Positions 29,146-38,017 of a DNA stretch of 64,000 nucleotides are shown here, one piece after another (within the stretch, counting starts at the first letter, position 1; each line of letters starts with the position of its first letter). The notes beneath the pieces are model-generated. The model did no database searches. It saw only the letters and a list, made by a program, of their open reading frames with translations, and had not been told where the DNA came from. The translations under genes were made by a program, and so were the position numbers. Origin of the DNA: an uncultured Acidobacteriota bacterium (GTDB taxonomy: Bacteria > Acidobacteriota > Vicinamibacteria > Fen-336); assembly GCA_963729875.1 (NCBI GenBank), contig CAVSPR010000010.1:77704-141703 (forward strand), given 5' to 3'.

Positions 29146-30495
29146 TCAGAAGACGAGGACGAGGGCGAGGGCGACGAGCGCCGAGTACACGGCGAGGGCG
29201 AGCAGCTCGTAGCCGAGGATGTCCCGGAACTCGAGTCGCGCCACGCCGAGGAGCGGGATCGCCCAGAACGGCTGGACGAGGTTCGTGGCCATGTCGCCGT
29301 ACGCGTAGGCCATGGCCACGGACGTCGCGGGGACGCCGAGCTCCCTCGCCGCGCCGAGGACGTAGGGCGCCTCCATCGCCCACTTCGCCCCGCCCGAGGG
29401 GACGAGGTAGTTGAGGACGGCGGAGTAGGCGAAGACCACGAGCGGGTAGCTGCCCGGCGTCGAGACCGCGAGAAACGCCCGCGTCAGGGACTCAACGAGG
29501 CCGGTGTCCCGGATGATCCCGTAGATGCCGGCGTAGAGCGGGAACTGCAACACGACGCCGTGCAGCGGCCGCGAGGCCTCTTCGGCCGCCCTTCCGAGCG
29601 AGGCCGGGCTCGAGTGCAGGAGCAGGCCGAGGGCGAGCGCGATCAGGTTCACGCTGTCGAGCGTCGCCGCGAAGGTGCCCGCGCGCACCTGGAGAAGGAC
29701 GAAGGCGAGGGCGAGGAGCCCGAGCCCGCGGTTGAGCCACGGCCCGTGCATCAGCCGCTCCGCCGGCGTGGGCTCCGCCGGCCGGGCCGGCGGCTCGAAC
29801 GTGGCGAGCTGCGCCAGCGTCAGCGGGCTCACCGCGAGTGTCGCCTCCCGGGCGGGGTGCAGGAGGGCCGCGAAGCCGGTGAGGACGGCCACGACGGCGA
29901 GCATGAGGCCCAGGTTCGCGGCGGTGAAGACGGTGGCCGAAAGGGGGACCGGCCCGGCGAGCAGCCCGTCCTTGATCATGAAGTTGCCCGGGGTCGCGAA
30001 GAGGAGCGGCACCGAGCCCGACGGCCCGCCGTGCCACGTCGTGCCCATGCCGAGGTAGGCCACCGCCACGAGGAGCCGGTAGTCGGTGTCGGGACGGGCC
30101 CGGCCGATCGTCCGGACGAGCATCGCGGAGGCGATGAGCCCCATGCCCCAGTTCAGCCAGCACAGGACCATCGACAGGAAGGCGGTCCACGCCACCGCCG
30201 AGCGCGGCCCGCGGGGCACGCGGGCGAGGGCCTCGAGGGCCCGCGCGACCGGCGGGGCCACCGCGAGCACGTACCCGGCGAAGATGACGAGCGCGATCTG
30301 CATCCCGAAGGACAGCAGCGCCCACACCCCGCCCCCCCACGCGAGCGCGCACTGCGCGGGGGAGGCGCCGCCCACGGTCAGTCCGAGGACGAGGGCGAGC
30401 AGGCTCAGGAGGGCGGCGATCGAGAACGCGTCGGGCACCCAGCGGAAAGACAGCCGCGCGAGGGCGTCGGCGAGCCGGGGCAGGAGGCCGCTCAC
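29146..30495 (-). CDS. Short-chain fatty acid transporter family (AtoE-like) membrane protein
   Basis: Intact 449-aa polytopic ORF: RLSFRWVPDAFSIAALLSLL..GGVWALLSFGMQIALVIFAGYVLA..GGAKWAMEAPYV. Confidence 0.75.
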   Translation of the reverse strand: MSGLLPRLADALARLSFRWVPDAFSIAALLSLLALVLGLTVGGASPAQCALAWGGGVWALLSFGMQIALVIFAGYVLAVAPPVARALEALARVPRGPRSAVAWTAFLSMVLCWLNWGMGLIASAMLVRTIGRARPDTDYRLLVAVAYLGMGTTWHGGPSGSVPLLFATPGNFMIKDGLLAGPVPLSATVFTAANLGLMLAVVAVLTGFAALLHPAREATLAVSPLTLAQLATFEPPARPAEPTPAERLMHGPWLNRGLGLLALAFVLLQVRAGTFAATLDSVNLIALALGLLLHSSPASLGRAAEEASRPLHGVVLQFPLYAGIYGIIRDTGLVESLTRAFLAVSTPGSYPLVVFAYSAVLNYLVPSGGAKWAMEAPYVLGAARELGVPATSVAMAYAYGDMATNLVQPFWAIPLLGVARLEFRDILGYELLALAVYSALVALALVLVF

Positions 30496-30499
30496 GGCG

Positions 30500-31879
30500 T
30501 CAGAGCGGGAGCGGCTCGAACAGGGCGGTGAAGTGTCGCAGGACGGACGGCGCCTTCGTGATCCGGTAGCCTCGCAGCCCGTCCTTCATCCGGGCGACGC
30601 CGATCACCGCCTCCGCCACGTAGTCGATGTGCGACTGGGTGTACACGCGGCGGGGGATGGCGAGGCGGACGAGGTCCATCGGCCCCGGGGCCTCGGTGCC
30701 GTCCGCGTGAAGGCCGAACATCACGGTGCCGATCTCGACGCCGCGGATCCCCGCCTCCACGTAGAGGGCGTTGGCGAGCGCGATGCCGGGGTACTGGAGG
30801 GGAGGGACGTGGGGGAGCAGCGCCCGCGCGTCGATGTAAACCGCGTGTCCCCCGGCCGGCTGGATCACCGGCACCCCGGCCGCCACCAGGCGCTCGTGCA
30901 GGTACTCCGTCGAGCGGATGCGGTAGCGGAGGTACGGCTCCTCGACCACCTCCTCGAGGCCGCGGGCCACCGCCTCGAGGTCGTAGCCGGCGAGGCCGCC
31001 GTAGGTGGGGAAGCCCTCGGTGAGGATGAGCAGGTTGCGGCAGCGCTCCGCCCAGGCGTCGTCGTTGAGGCCGAGGAAGCCCCCGATGTTGGCGAGGCCG
31101 TCCTTCTTGGCCGACATCGTGCAGCCGTCGGCGAGCGCGAACATCTCCTGGGCGATCGACTTGGGGCTGCGGTGGGCGAAGCCCTCCTCGCGGAGCTTGA
31201 CGAAGTAGGCGTTCTCGGCGAAGCGGCAGGCGTCGAGGAAGAACGGCTTGCCGTACCGGTCGCACAGCTTGCGGACGCCGCGCAGGTTCTCGACGGAGAC
31301 GGGCTGGCCTCCGCCGGTGTTGTTGGTGACGGTGACCATGACCAGCGGCACGCGGGCGCCGTCCGTCTCCAGCGTGCGCTCGAGGGCGGCGAGGTCGACG
31401 TTGCCCTTGAAGGGGTGGACCAGCGAGGGGACCCGCCCCTCGGGGATGACGAGGTCGCGCGCCTCGGCCTCCTCGACCTCGACGTTCGCCCGCGTCGTGT
31501 CGAAGTGGTTGTTGTTGGGGACGACGTCCCCCGGCTCGAGCACGCTGTGGAAGAGGATCCGCTCGGCGGCGCGGCCCTGGTGGGTGGGGATGATGTGGCG
31601 GAAGCCGGTCAGCTCCTGGACGACGTCGCGGAAGCGGTAGAACGAGCGGCTCCCGGCGTACGACTCGTCGCCCTGCATGATCGCGCCCCATTGCGCGGCC
31701 GACATCGCCCCGGTGCCGGAGTCCGTGAGGAGGTCGATGAGCACGTCCTCGGCGTGCAGACGGAAGACGTTGTAGCCCGCCTCCGCGAGGGCCCTCTCGC
31801 GGTCTTCCCGTCGCGTGAACTTCACCGCCTCGACGGACTTGATGCGGAACGGCTCGATGATCGTCTTGAAGTGCAGCAT
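30500..31879 (-). CDS. tnaA: Tryptophanase-type beta-eliminating lyase (PLP-dependent)
   Basis: 459 aa from the ATG complementary to 31877-31879. Contains EPFRIKSVE, DLLTDSGTGAMS, PTHQGRAAE, CTMSAKKDGLANIGG (PLP Lys context) and EGFPTYGGLAG. NHFDTTR has Asp where tyrosine phenol-lyase has Thr, which favours tryptophanase over TPL. Confidence 0.75.
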   Translation of the reverse strand: MLHFKTIIEPFRIKSVEAVKFTRREDRERALAEAGYNVFRLHAEDVLIDLLTDSGTGAMSAAQWGAIMQGDESYAGSRSFYRFRDVVQELTGFRHIIPTHQGRAAERILFHSVLEPGDVVPNNNHFDTTRANVEVEEAEARDLVIPEGRVPSLVHPFKGNVDLAALERTLETDGARVPLVMVTVTNNTGGGQPVSVENLRGVRKLCDRYGKPFFLDACRFAENAYFVKLREEGFAHRSPKSIAQEMFALADGCTMSAKKDGLANIGGFLGLNDDAWAERCRNLLILTEGFPTYGGLAGYDLEAVARGLEEVVEEPYLRYRIRSTEYLHERLVAAGVPVIQPAGGHAVYIDARALLPHVPPLQYPGIALANALYVEAGIRGVEIGTVMFGLHADGTEAPGPMDLVRLAIPRRVYTQSHIDYVAEAVIGVARMKDGLRGYRITKAPSVLRHFTALFEPLPL

Positions 31880-31956
31880 GAGGGCCTCGCTCGCCGGCGC
31901 CAGTATAGCCCCCGGTGCCGTGGCGCGGCCCGCGATCCGCCGGCGCGTGACGGCGC

Positions 31957-33237
31957 TCAGCGCGGGCGCGACAGGCGAAGCAGCACCACCCCGACCAGCA
32001 CGGCGCCCGCCGCCACGAGGGCCTCGCGCGCGGTGGCGCCCGAGGCCACGAGCACCGCGGCCACGGCCAGGGTGGGGACGGCCGACCACGCCTGGCGCGG
32101 GACGAGGCCCCGGTCGCGGCGCCGCGCCAGCACGACGAGCGCGAGCGCGCTCGTGCCGAACTGCAGGAGGACGGCGATGCTCGACAGCGCGAAGAGCTCG
32201 CCGAGATCGCCGAGGCTCACGAGGACGGAGACGACCACCCAGGTCACGGCGAGCGCGCGCGTCGGCACGCCGCTCGCGGACACCCGGTCGAGAGCCAGGA
32301 GCTCGCGCCCACCCGCGGCGAGAGCCGAGAGGTAGCGGGGCGTCGTCACGATCATCCCGAACGCGATGCCGAGAGCCGAGACGCTGGTGCCCACGGCGAC
32401 CAGGCGGGAGAGCCCGGCGCCTCCCAGAACGGCCGCCGCCTCGGCGAGCGGGGCGCTCGAGGAGGCGAGCCCGGGGAGTGCCGTGACGCAGGCGAGGACG
32501 AGCGCGACGTAAAGGGCGACGGCGAGGACGAGCGAGCCCACCGTCGCGAAGGGCACCGCGCGCGAGGACGCGCGCACCTGCCCCGCGATCACCGGCACGA
32601 TCTCGAAGCCCTGGCAGGCGAAGACGACGGTCAGGGCGGCCCGCAGCCAGCCCGCGTGGGGCGCGGCGGGCGACGGGGCGGGGAGGCTGCCCCACGCGAG
32701 GGCGAGAGCGCCCACCAGCAGGACGAGGGGGAGCAGCTTGAGGACGGTCAGGCTCGTCCACACACGCGCGGACAGGCGCAGGCCCGAGGCCACGACCGCG
32801 GCGAGCAGCGCGACGAGGAGGGCCGGGGCGGCCCGGCTGAGCACGCCGTCGCCGGGGCCGGGGGCAGGGAGGACGGAGCGCGTGAGGCCGACGACCACCG
32901 CCGCGGTGCTGAAGAGCGCGCTCACGTAAGCAACCCAGCCGACGAGAAACGCCACGCGGTCGCCGAAGGCGGCGCGGGCGAAGACGACCGGGCCGCCGTC
33001 CTCGTCGAAGCGGCGGCCGAGCGTCGCGAAGGTGAGGGCGGCGGGCAGGAGGCACAGGCCGGTCAGGGCGAACACGGCCACCGCGCCGAGGCCGGGGGCG
33101 CTCGACGCCACCGCGGCCGGAACGAAGAAGATGCCCACCCCCACGATCCCGTTGAGGCCGAGGGCCAGGAGCTGCAGCGGCCCGACGGGTCGCGCGCCCC
33201 CCTGCGGGCCGGACGCCGTGCTCTCGGGGGGCGACAT
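31957..33237 (-). CDS. APC-superfamily amino acid permease
   Basis: 426 aa from the ATG complementary to 33235-33237. LLALGLNGIVGVGIFFVPA is typical of the first TM pair, and there are about 12 hydrophobic segments. Confidence 0.8.
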   Translation of the reverse strand: MSPPESTASGPQGGARPVGPLQLLALGLNGIVGVGIFFVPAAVASSAPGLGAVAVFALTGLCLLPAALTFATLGRRFDEDGGPVVFARAAFGDRVAFLVGWVAYVSALFSTAAVVVGLTRSVLPAPGPGDGVLSRAAPALLVALLAAVVASGLRLSARVWTSLTVLKLLPLVLLVGALALAWGSLPAPSPAAPHAGWLRAALTVVFACQGFEIVPVIAGQVRASSRAVPFATVGSLVLAVALYVALVLACVTALPGLASSSAPLAEAAAVLGGAGLSRLVAVGTSVSALGIAFGMIVTTPRYLSALAAGGRELLALDRVSASGVPTRALAVTWVVVSVLVSLGDLGELFALSSIAVLLQFGTSALALVVLARRRDRGLVPRQAWSAVPTLAVAAVLVASGATAREALVAAGAVLVGVVLLRLSRPR

Positions 33238-33348
33238 GGAAGGCGAGTTCACCACAAGGGCCGGGAGAAGACAAAGCCTTGTCGGCCGGGGAGCCGCTCG
33301 CCTATCATTCGGGCAAGGGTCCAGGTCATTCCAAGGGGGTCCGTTTCC

Positions 33349-33753
33349 ATGCGGTGCTTGGGTTCGATGCTCGTTGTCGCGCTGGCGCAGGTCAAGCCCG
33401 GCTCCCCTCCCGCCGACCCGGGCCTGCAGGTCGTCTCCGGCGCCTACGCCTTCCGCACCTACTGCGCGACCTGCCACGGCGCCGACGGGAAGGGCGAAGG
33501 TCCGCTCGCCGAGAACCTCCGCTTCCGTCCCCCCGACCTGACCGTGATCGCGAAGGGCAACGGCGGCGAGTACCCGGCCGAGAAGGTCCACCGCATCGTT
33601 GACGGGAGAAAGCCCCTGCCCGGCCACGGGGGCCCCGACATGCCGATCTGGGGCGACGCGTTCAAGAACCCCGAGACCGGCTTCGACGACGCCTCGGTGA
33701 AGGAGAGGATCCGCGCGGTCGTCGAGTACGTGCGCACGCTGCAGGCGAAGTAG
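33349..33753 (+). CDS. Small monohaem c-type cytochrome
   Basis: ATG at 33349. One CXXCH (CATCHGADGKGEGPL) and a distal Met candidate in GGPDMPIWG. Confidence 0.75.
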   Translation: MRCLGSMLVVALAQVKPGSPPADPGLQVVSGAYAFRTYCATCHGADGKGEGPLAENLRFRPPDLTVIAKGNGGEYPAEKVHRIVDGRKPLPGHGGPDMPIWGDAFKNPETGFDDASVKERIRAVVEYVRTLQAK

Positions 33754-33785
33754 GCGGACGCGGGCCGGCCGGCACCGGCGCTGTT

Positions 33786-35993
33786 ATGATCGCCGCGGAC
33801 GTCTTCCCTCCGATGGCCGATTCCCGCCTTCCCGCCGACCCGGTCCTGGACATACGCGTCCGCTGGCGTCTCGGGCGGGTGCTCCTGGGGGTCGCGGCGT
33901 TCCTCACGGTCGTGGCGCTCGCCCGGCCCCTCGCGCCATGGGCGCCGGGCTGGCTCAAGGCCGCCGACGCGCTCCTGGTCGGCCTGGGTGTCACCGCCTC
34001 CGCCCTCCTCGCGAGCCTGCGCGGGAAGAAGCTCCCGGAGACCCTGGCCCTCCACGCCTTCCTCGTCCTCTCCGTCGACGCGCTCGGCCAGGTGATCGGC
34101 GCCCGCGGCTTCCCCGTCTGGCCCTTCATGGCGCTGCTCGTGGCGGCGCTGGCCGTCGCCGAAGGGCTCCCGGTCGCACTCGGCGTGGCGGGTCAGGCCA
34201 CGCTGCTCGCGCTCGCCGACGTCGTGCGGCCCCTCCTGCCGCCCGCGCCCCCGGGCGTCGCTCCCTTCTTCGACCCAAGGCCCGCCCTCGCCGCCGCCAT
34301 CGGCTACTTCGCCCTCGCCGTCGCCGTGAACCGCGCGCTCGCCGGCGAGAAGCAGCGGCTCAGCGCGACGCTCGCGGAGCTGGCGCGGCTCAAGCACGGC
34401 ATCGACCAGCTCGAGGACGAGCCGGGCGAGGCCCCGGCCTCGCCGGCGAGCGCGGCCGAGGCCCTGCGCCAGGTCACGGAGGAGGGCCGCCGCGCGCGCC
34501 ACCTCGACCGCGCGAGCGAGCTCGACGCGTCCCTGCAGCGGCTCGTGGACGTGGCGCACCTCGCGGTCGGGGCGCACTCTCTCCTCTACTTCGACCTCGA
34601 CCGCCAGCGCGAGCAGGCGCACCTGCGGGTGGCCCGCGGCCCGGCCGCGCTGCTGCCGGGGTGCGCGGCGCCGCTCGGGGCCGACCCCTTCTCGTTCCTC
34701 GTGGAGCGGGACCAGCCCTTCTACGCGACCGACTTCAAGAGGCTGCTCTGGGAGCTGCCGTGGTACCGCGGGCAGGTCAAGGTGGGCACGCTCCTGGTGG
34801 TCCCGGTGCGGTCCGGCGACGTTGCCGTCGGCGCCCTCGTGGCTGACCGGCTGGAGATCCAGGCCTTCACCGCCAACGAGCCGCGCCTGCTCGACGGCTT
34901 CGCCCGTCTCGCCGCGGAGGCGATCCAGCGCACCCGCGCCGCGCTCGGGCGCGAGGAGCTCGACGCGGAGTGGAAGGCGGTGTACCCGCTCTCGCAGCGG
35001 CTCGCCACCTTGTCGCGCGAGGCGGAGGTCCGGGAGCTGCTCCTGCGCGCCTCGCGCCACATCGCGAGCCTCGACGGCGGCGCGGTGGCGATGGCCGACG
35101 ACCTCGGCACCCGCTACGTGGTCGAGGCGGGCTTCGGGTGGCCGACGGACTTCCTGAAGCGCGAGGTGAGCCTCGACGAGCGCACGTGGGCCTCCTGGGT
35201 GCTGCGCAGCGCCGAGGAGGCCTACCTCCTCGACAGCGTCGCGGGGCACGAGGACCCCATGCCGGTCCTCGTCCTCGACGAGGGCTCGGGCCGCGCCGAG
35301 TCGCTCCTCGCCGTCCCCCTCCGGGCCCGCAACCGCACGCTCGGGGTCCTCGTCCTCACCGGGGCCCGCGGGGCCTTCGACGCCTCCTCCCGCCGCGTGC
35401 TCGAGATCCTCGCCAACCAGGCGGCCGCGACCATCCAGCTCATCAAGGACAAGGAGCAGCAGCGGCAGCTCGCGGTGCGCGACGGCCTGACCGGCCTCTA
35501 CAACCGGCGCGCCTTCAACGAGCTTCTCGCCGCGGCCATCGCCAACGAGGACCGCCGCCCCGGCGGCTCCCTCGGCCTCGCCATCCTCGACCTCGACCAC
35601 TTCAAGAAGCTCAACGACACCTACGGCCACCCGGCCGGTGACGCCGCGCTGCGCTCGCTCGCCCGCCTCCTGACCCAGCACCTGCGCAAGGGCGACCAGG
35701 CGGCCCGCTACGGCGGGGAGGAGTTCGTGGTCATCCTGCCCGGCTCCGACGAGGAGCGGTCGATGGGCGCGGCCGAGCGCCTGCGCAGCGCCCTCGAGAA
35801 GCACCGCTTCGTCCACGAGGGGGCCCGCATCCTCCTCACCGCGAGCCTGGGGGTCGCGGTGTGGCCGGCGGACGGCCGCGAGCCGGACGCCCTGCTCGCC
35901 GCCTCCGACCGCGCCCTCTACGCCGCCAAGCAGTCCGGCCGCAACCGCGTGGTGTCGGCGTCGAGCGTCGCCCCGCCGGCCGAGCGGCCCTGA
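33786..35993 (+). CDS. Membrane-anchored GAF-GAF-GGDEF diguanylate cyclase
   Basis: 735-aa ORF; an alternative start is at 33813. N-terminal TM helices, two GAF-like regions, and C-terminal RDGLTGLYNRRAF..DLDHFKKLNDTYGHPAGD..RYGGEEFVVIL. Confidence 0.85.
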   Translation: MIAADVFPPMADSRLPADPVLDIRVRWRLGRVLLGVAAFLTVVALARPLAPWAPGWLKAADALLVGLGVTASALLASLRGKKLPETLALHAFLVLSVDALGQVIGARGFPVWPFMALLVAALAVAEGLPVALGVAGQATLLALADVVRPLLPPAPPGVAPFFDPRPALAAAIGYFALAVAVNRALAGEKQRLSATLAELARLKHGIDQLEDEPGEAPASPASAAEALRQVTEEGRRARHLDRASELDASLQRLVDVAHLAVGAHSLLYFDLDRQREQAHLRVARGPAALLPGCAAPLGADPFSFLVERDQPFYATDFKRLLWELPWYRGQVKVGTLLVVPVRSGDVAVGALVADRLEIQAFTANEPRLLDGFARLAAEAIQRTRAALGREELDAEWKAVYPLSQRLATLSREAEVRELLLRASRHIASLDGGAVAMADDLGTRYVVEAGFGWPTDFLKREVSLDERTWASWVLRSAEEAYLLDSVAGHEDPMPVLVLDEGSGRAESLLAVPLRARNRTLGVLVLTGARGAFDASSRRVLEILANQAAATIQLIKDKEQQRQLAVRDGLTGLYNRRAFNELLAAAIANEDRRPGGSLGLAILDLDHFKKLNDTYGHPAGDAALRSLARLLTQHLRKGDQAARYGGEEFVVILPGSDEERSMGAAERLRSALEKHRFVHEGARILLTASLGVAVWPADGREPDALLAASDRALYAAKQSGRNRVVSASSVAPPAERP

Positions 35994-36013
35994 CCGCCGT
36001 GCCGCACGACGGC

Positions 36014-36022
36014 TGATATGAT
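36014..36022 (+). promoter_or_regulatory. Candidate extended -10 promoter element (TGATATGAT) for gatED
   Basis: TG-N-TATGAT in an otherwise GC-rich spacer, 25 nt upstream of ATG 36047. A similar TGTTATGAT occurs at 33782-33790 in front of the cyclase gene. Confidence 0.3.
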
Positions 36023-36046
36023 GCGCTTCGCCCGCCCGGGCGCCCG

Positions 36047-38017
36047 ATGACCCGCCCCCTCGACCCCCCCCTCGACTACGCCGCGGTCGGCTTCATCTCC
36101 GGGCTCGAGGTCCACCAGCAGCTGCTGACGGAGAAGAAGCTCTTCTGCCAGTGCCCGGCGGGGCGCTACACCAGGACCCACGACGGGACGGTGCTGCGGC
36201 ACATGCGGCCCACCCTCTCCGAGCTCGGGGTCTACGACGGCACCGCGCTCATGGAGTTCAAGACCCGCAAGCACATCGTCTACCTCCTCAACCGGGCGAA
36301 CACCTGCACGTACGAGATGGACGACACCCCGCCCTTCCCGGTGAACCAGGCGGCGGTGGACGTGGCCATCGAGCAGTGCCTCATGCTCGGGTGCGACATC
36401 GTGGACGAGGTCCACATCGCGCGGAAGCAGTACCTGGACGGGTCGATCCCCACCGGCTTCCAGCGAACCGCGATCGTGGGCGTCAACGGGACGCTCCCCT
36501 TCCGGGGGCGCACGCTCTCGATCACGCAGGTCAGCGTCGAGGAGGACTCCTGCCGCGAGGTCTCGGACAAGGGCCACCTCATCGTCTGGCGCACCGACCG
36601 GCTCGGCATGCCGCTCATCGAGACGGTCACCGGCCCCGACCTGCGCACGCCGGACGAGGTGGAGGAGGCGATCCTGCTCGTGGGCCGCGTGTGCCGCTCG
36701 ACGGGGCACGTGCGGGTGGGGATGGGCGCGAGCCGACAGGACGTGAACGTGTCGGTCCGGGGGGGACGGCGCGTCGAGATCAAGGGCGTCCCGCAGGCGG
36801 GCTGGGCGCCGCGGCTCGTCCACGGCGAGGCCTGGCGGCAGGTCAACCTGCTGCGGCTGCGCGACGAGCTCTTCGGCCGCGGCTTCCGGGGCGCCTACGA
36901 CGTGCGGGTCGAGACGACGGACGTCACCGGCTTCGTCGGCTCGTCCTCCCTCGCCCCCCTGCGCGCGGAGAGCTGGGAGTGGTTCGTGCGCAGCCAGAGC
37001 CGGCGCCCGGGCTTCGAGCTGGGGCACGGGCCGTTCCGCGTGCTCGCCGTGCGCCTGCCCGGGCTCGCGGGCACGCTCTCCTGGCCGACCCAGCCGGGAC
37101 GCACGTTCGCCGACGAGCTGGCCGGCCGCGTCCGCGTGATCGCGGGACTCGACCAGCCGCCCATCCTCTTCCACTCCGAGGCGTGGCCGCGGGAGGCGGG
37201 GGAGCACCTCGCGCGGCTACGGGCGACGGCGCGCTGCGGGGAGAAGGACGGCCTCGTCCTCGTCTGGGGGCCGGAGCGCGACGTGCACACGGCGGCGGAC
37301 GAGATCCGGCTGCGCTACGTGGATGCGACGGACGGCGTCCCGAACGAGACGCGGCAGCCCTTCCCGGACGGCTCGACCGACTTCGAGCGCATCCTGCCCG
37401 GGCCCGACCGCATGTATCCCGACACCGACTCCCCGCCCACGCGGGTGACACGCGACCGCGTCGATCGCCTGCGGGCGGCCCTGCCCGAGCGGCCGTGGGA
37501 TCGCGAGGCGCGTTACGCGGCGGCCGGCGTGCCCCTTCCCGTCGCGCACTACCTCGTCCGGCGGGGGGGCGCCGCCCTCGTGGACCGCGTGGTGGCGGAG
37601 GCGAAGGCGGACCTGCGCTTCGCCGCGTTCTTCTTCGGCGAGCGTCTCAAGGGCCTGCGTCGCGCCGGCGTGCCCGTCGACGCGATTCCCGGCGACGCGT
37701 GGGTCGACCTCTTCCACGCGCTCGCGGCGCGCCCGGCCCGCCGCGAGGCCTGGGCGATCCTGGTCCGACGGATGGCGTATCGTCCCGGGGAAAGCCTGGC
37801 CGGCCTTCTCGGCGAGCTGGGTCTCGACCACGAGCCGCCCGGGTGGCGGGAGATGCTCCCGCGCTGGGTGGAGGCGGCGGAGCATGAGGCCTACGACCGG
37901 GACCCCGGCCGCATCCTCCGCCACGCGGCGGGGCAGGTGATGGACACGCTGCGCGGACGGGTCACGGCGAGCGTCGTTCTCGAGGCGATCCGGTCGGCCG
38001 CGGAGGTGAGGCCGTGA
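36047..38017 (+). CDS. gatE: Archaeal-type Glu-tRNA(Gln) amidotransferase subunit E
   Basis: Intact 656 aa. Contains GLEVHQQL..KLFCQCP, RPTLSELG, TCTYEMDDTPP, DEVHIARKQYLDGSIPTGFQRT, SVEEDSCRE, RLGMPLIETVTGPD and ASRQDVNVSV..RVEIKGV. From memory these match the GatE N-terminal catalytic cradle. Confidence 0.85.
   Translation: MTRPLDPPLDYAAVGFISGLEVHQQLLTEKKLFCQCPAGRYTRTHDGTVLRHMRPTLSELGVYDGTALMEFKTRKHIVYLLNRANTCTYEMDDTPPFPVNQAAVDVAIEQCLMLGCDIVDEVHIARKQYLDGSIPTGFQRTAIVGVNGTLPFRGRTLSITQVSVEEDSCREVSDKGHLIVWRTDRLGMPLIETVTGPDLRTPDEVEEAILLVGRVCRSTGHVRVGMGASRQDVNVSVRGGRRVEIKGVPQAGWAPRLVHGEAWRQVNLLRLRDELFGRGFRGAYDVRVETTDVTGFVGSSSLAPLRAESWEWFVRSQSRRPGFELGHGPFRVLAVRLPGLAGTLSWPTQPGRTFADELAGRVRVIAGLDQPPILFHSEAWPREAGEHLARLRATARCGEKDGLVLVWGPERDVHTAADEIRLRYVDATDGVPNETRQPFPDGSTDFERILPGPDRMYPDTDSPPTRVTRDRVDRLRAALPERPWDREARYAAAGVPLPVAHYLVRRGGAALVDRVVAEAKADLRFAAFFFGERLKGLRRAGVPVDAIPGDAWVDLFHALAARPARREAWAILVRRMAYRPGESLAGLLGELGLDHEPPGWREMLPRWVEAAEHEAYDRDPGRILRHAAGQVMDTLRGRVTASVVLEAIRSAAEVRP

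Noticed and set aside
30086-33627. Long alternative ORFs (30086-32335 +, 30500-33274 - upstream extension, 31957-33627 - upstream extension)
   Set aside because: Internal ATGs at 31879 and 33237 give full-length homologues of tryptophanase and APC permeases. The extensions and the opposite strand are low-complexity.
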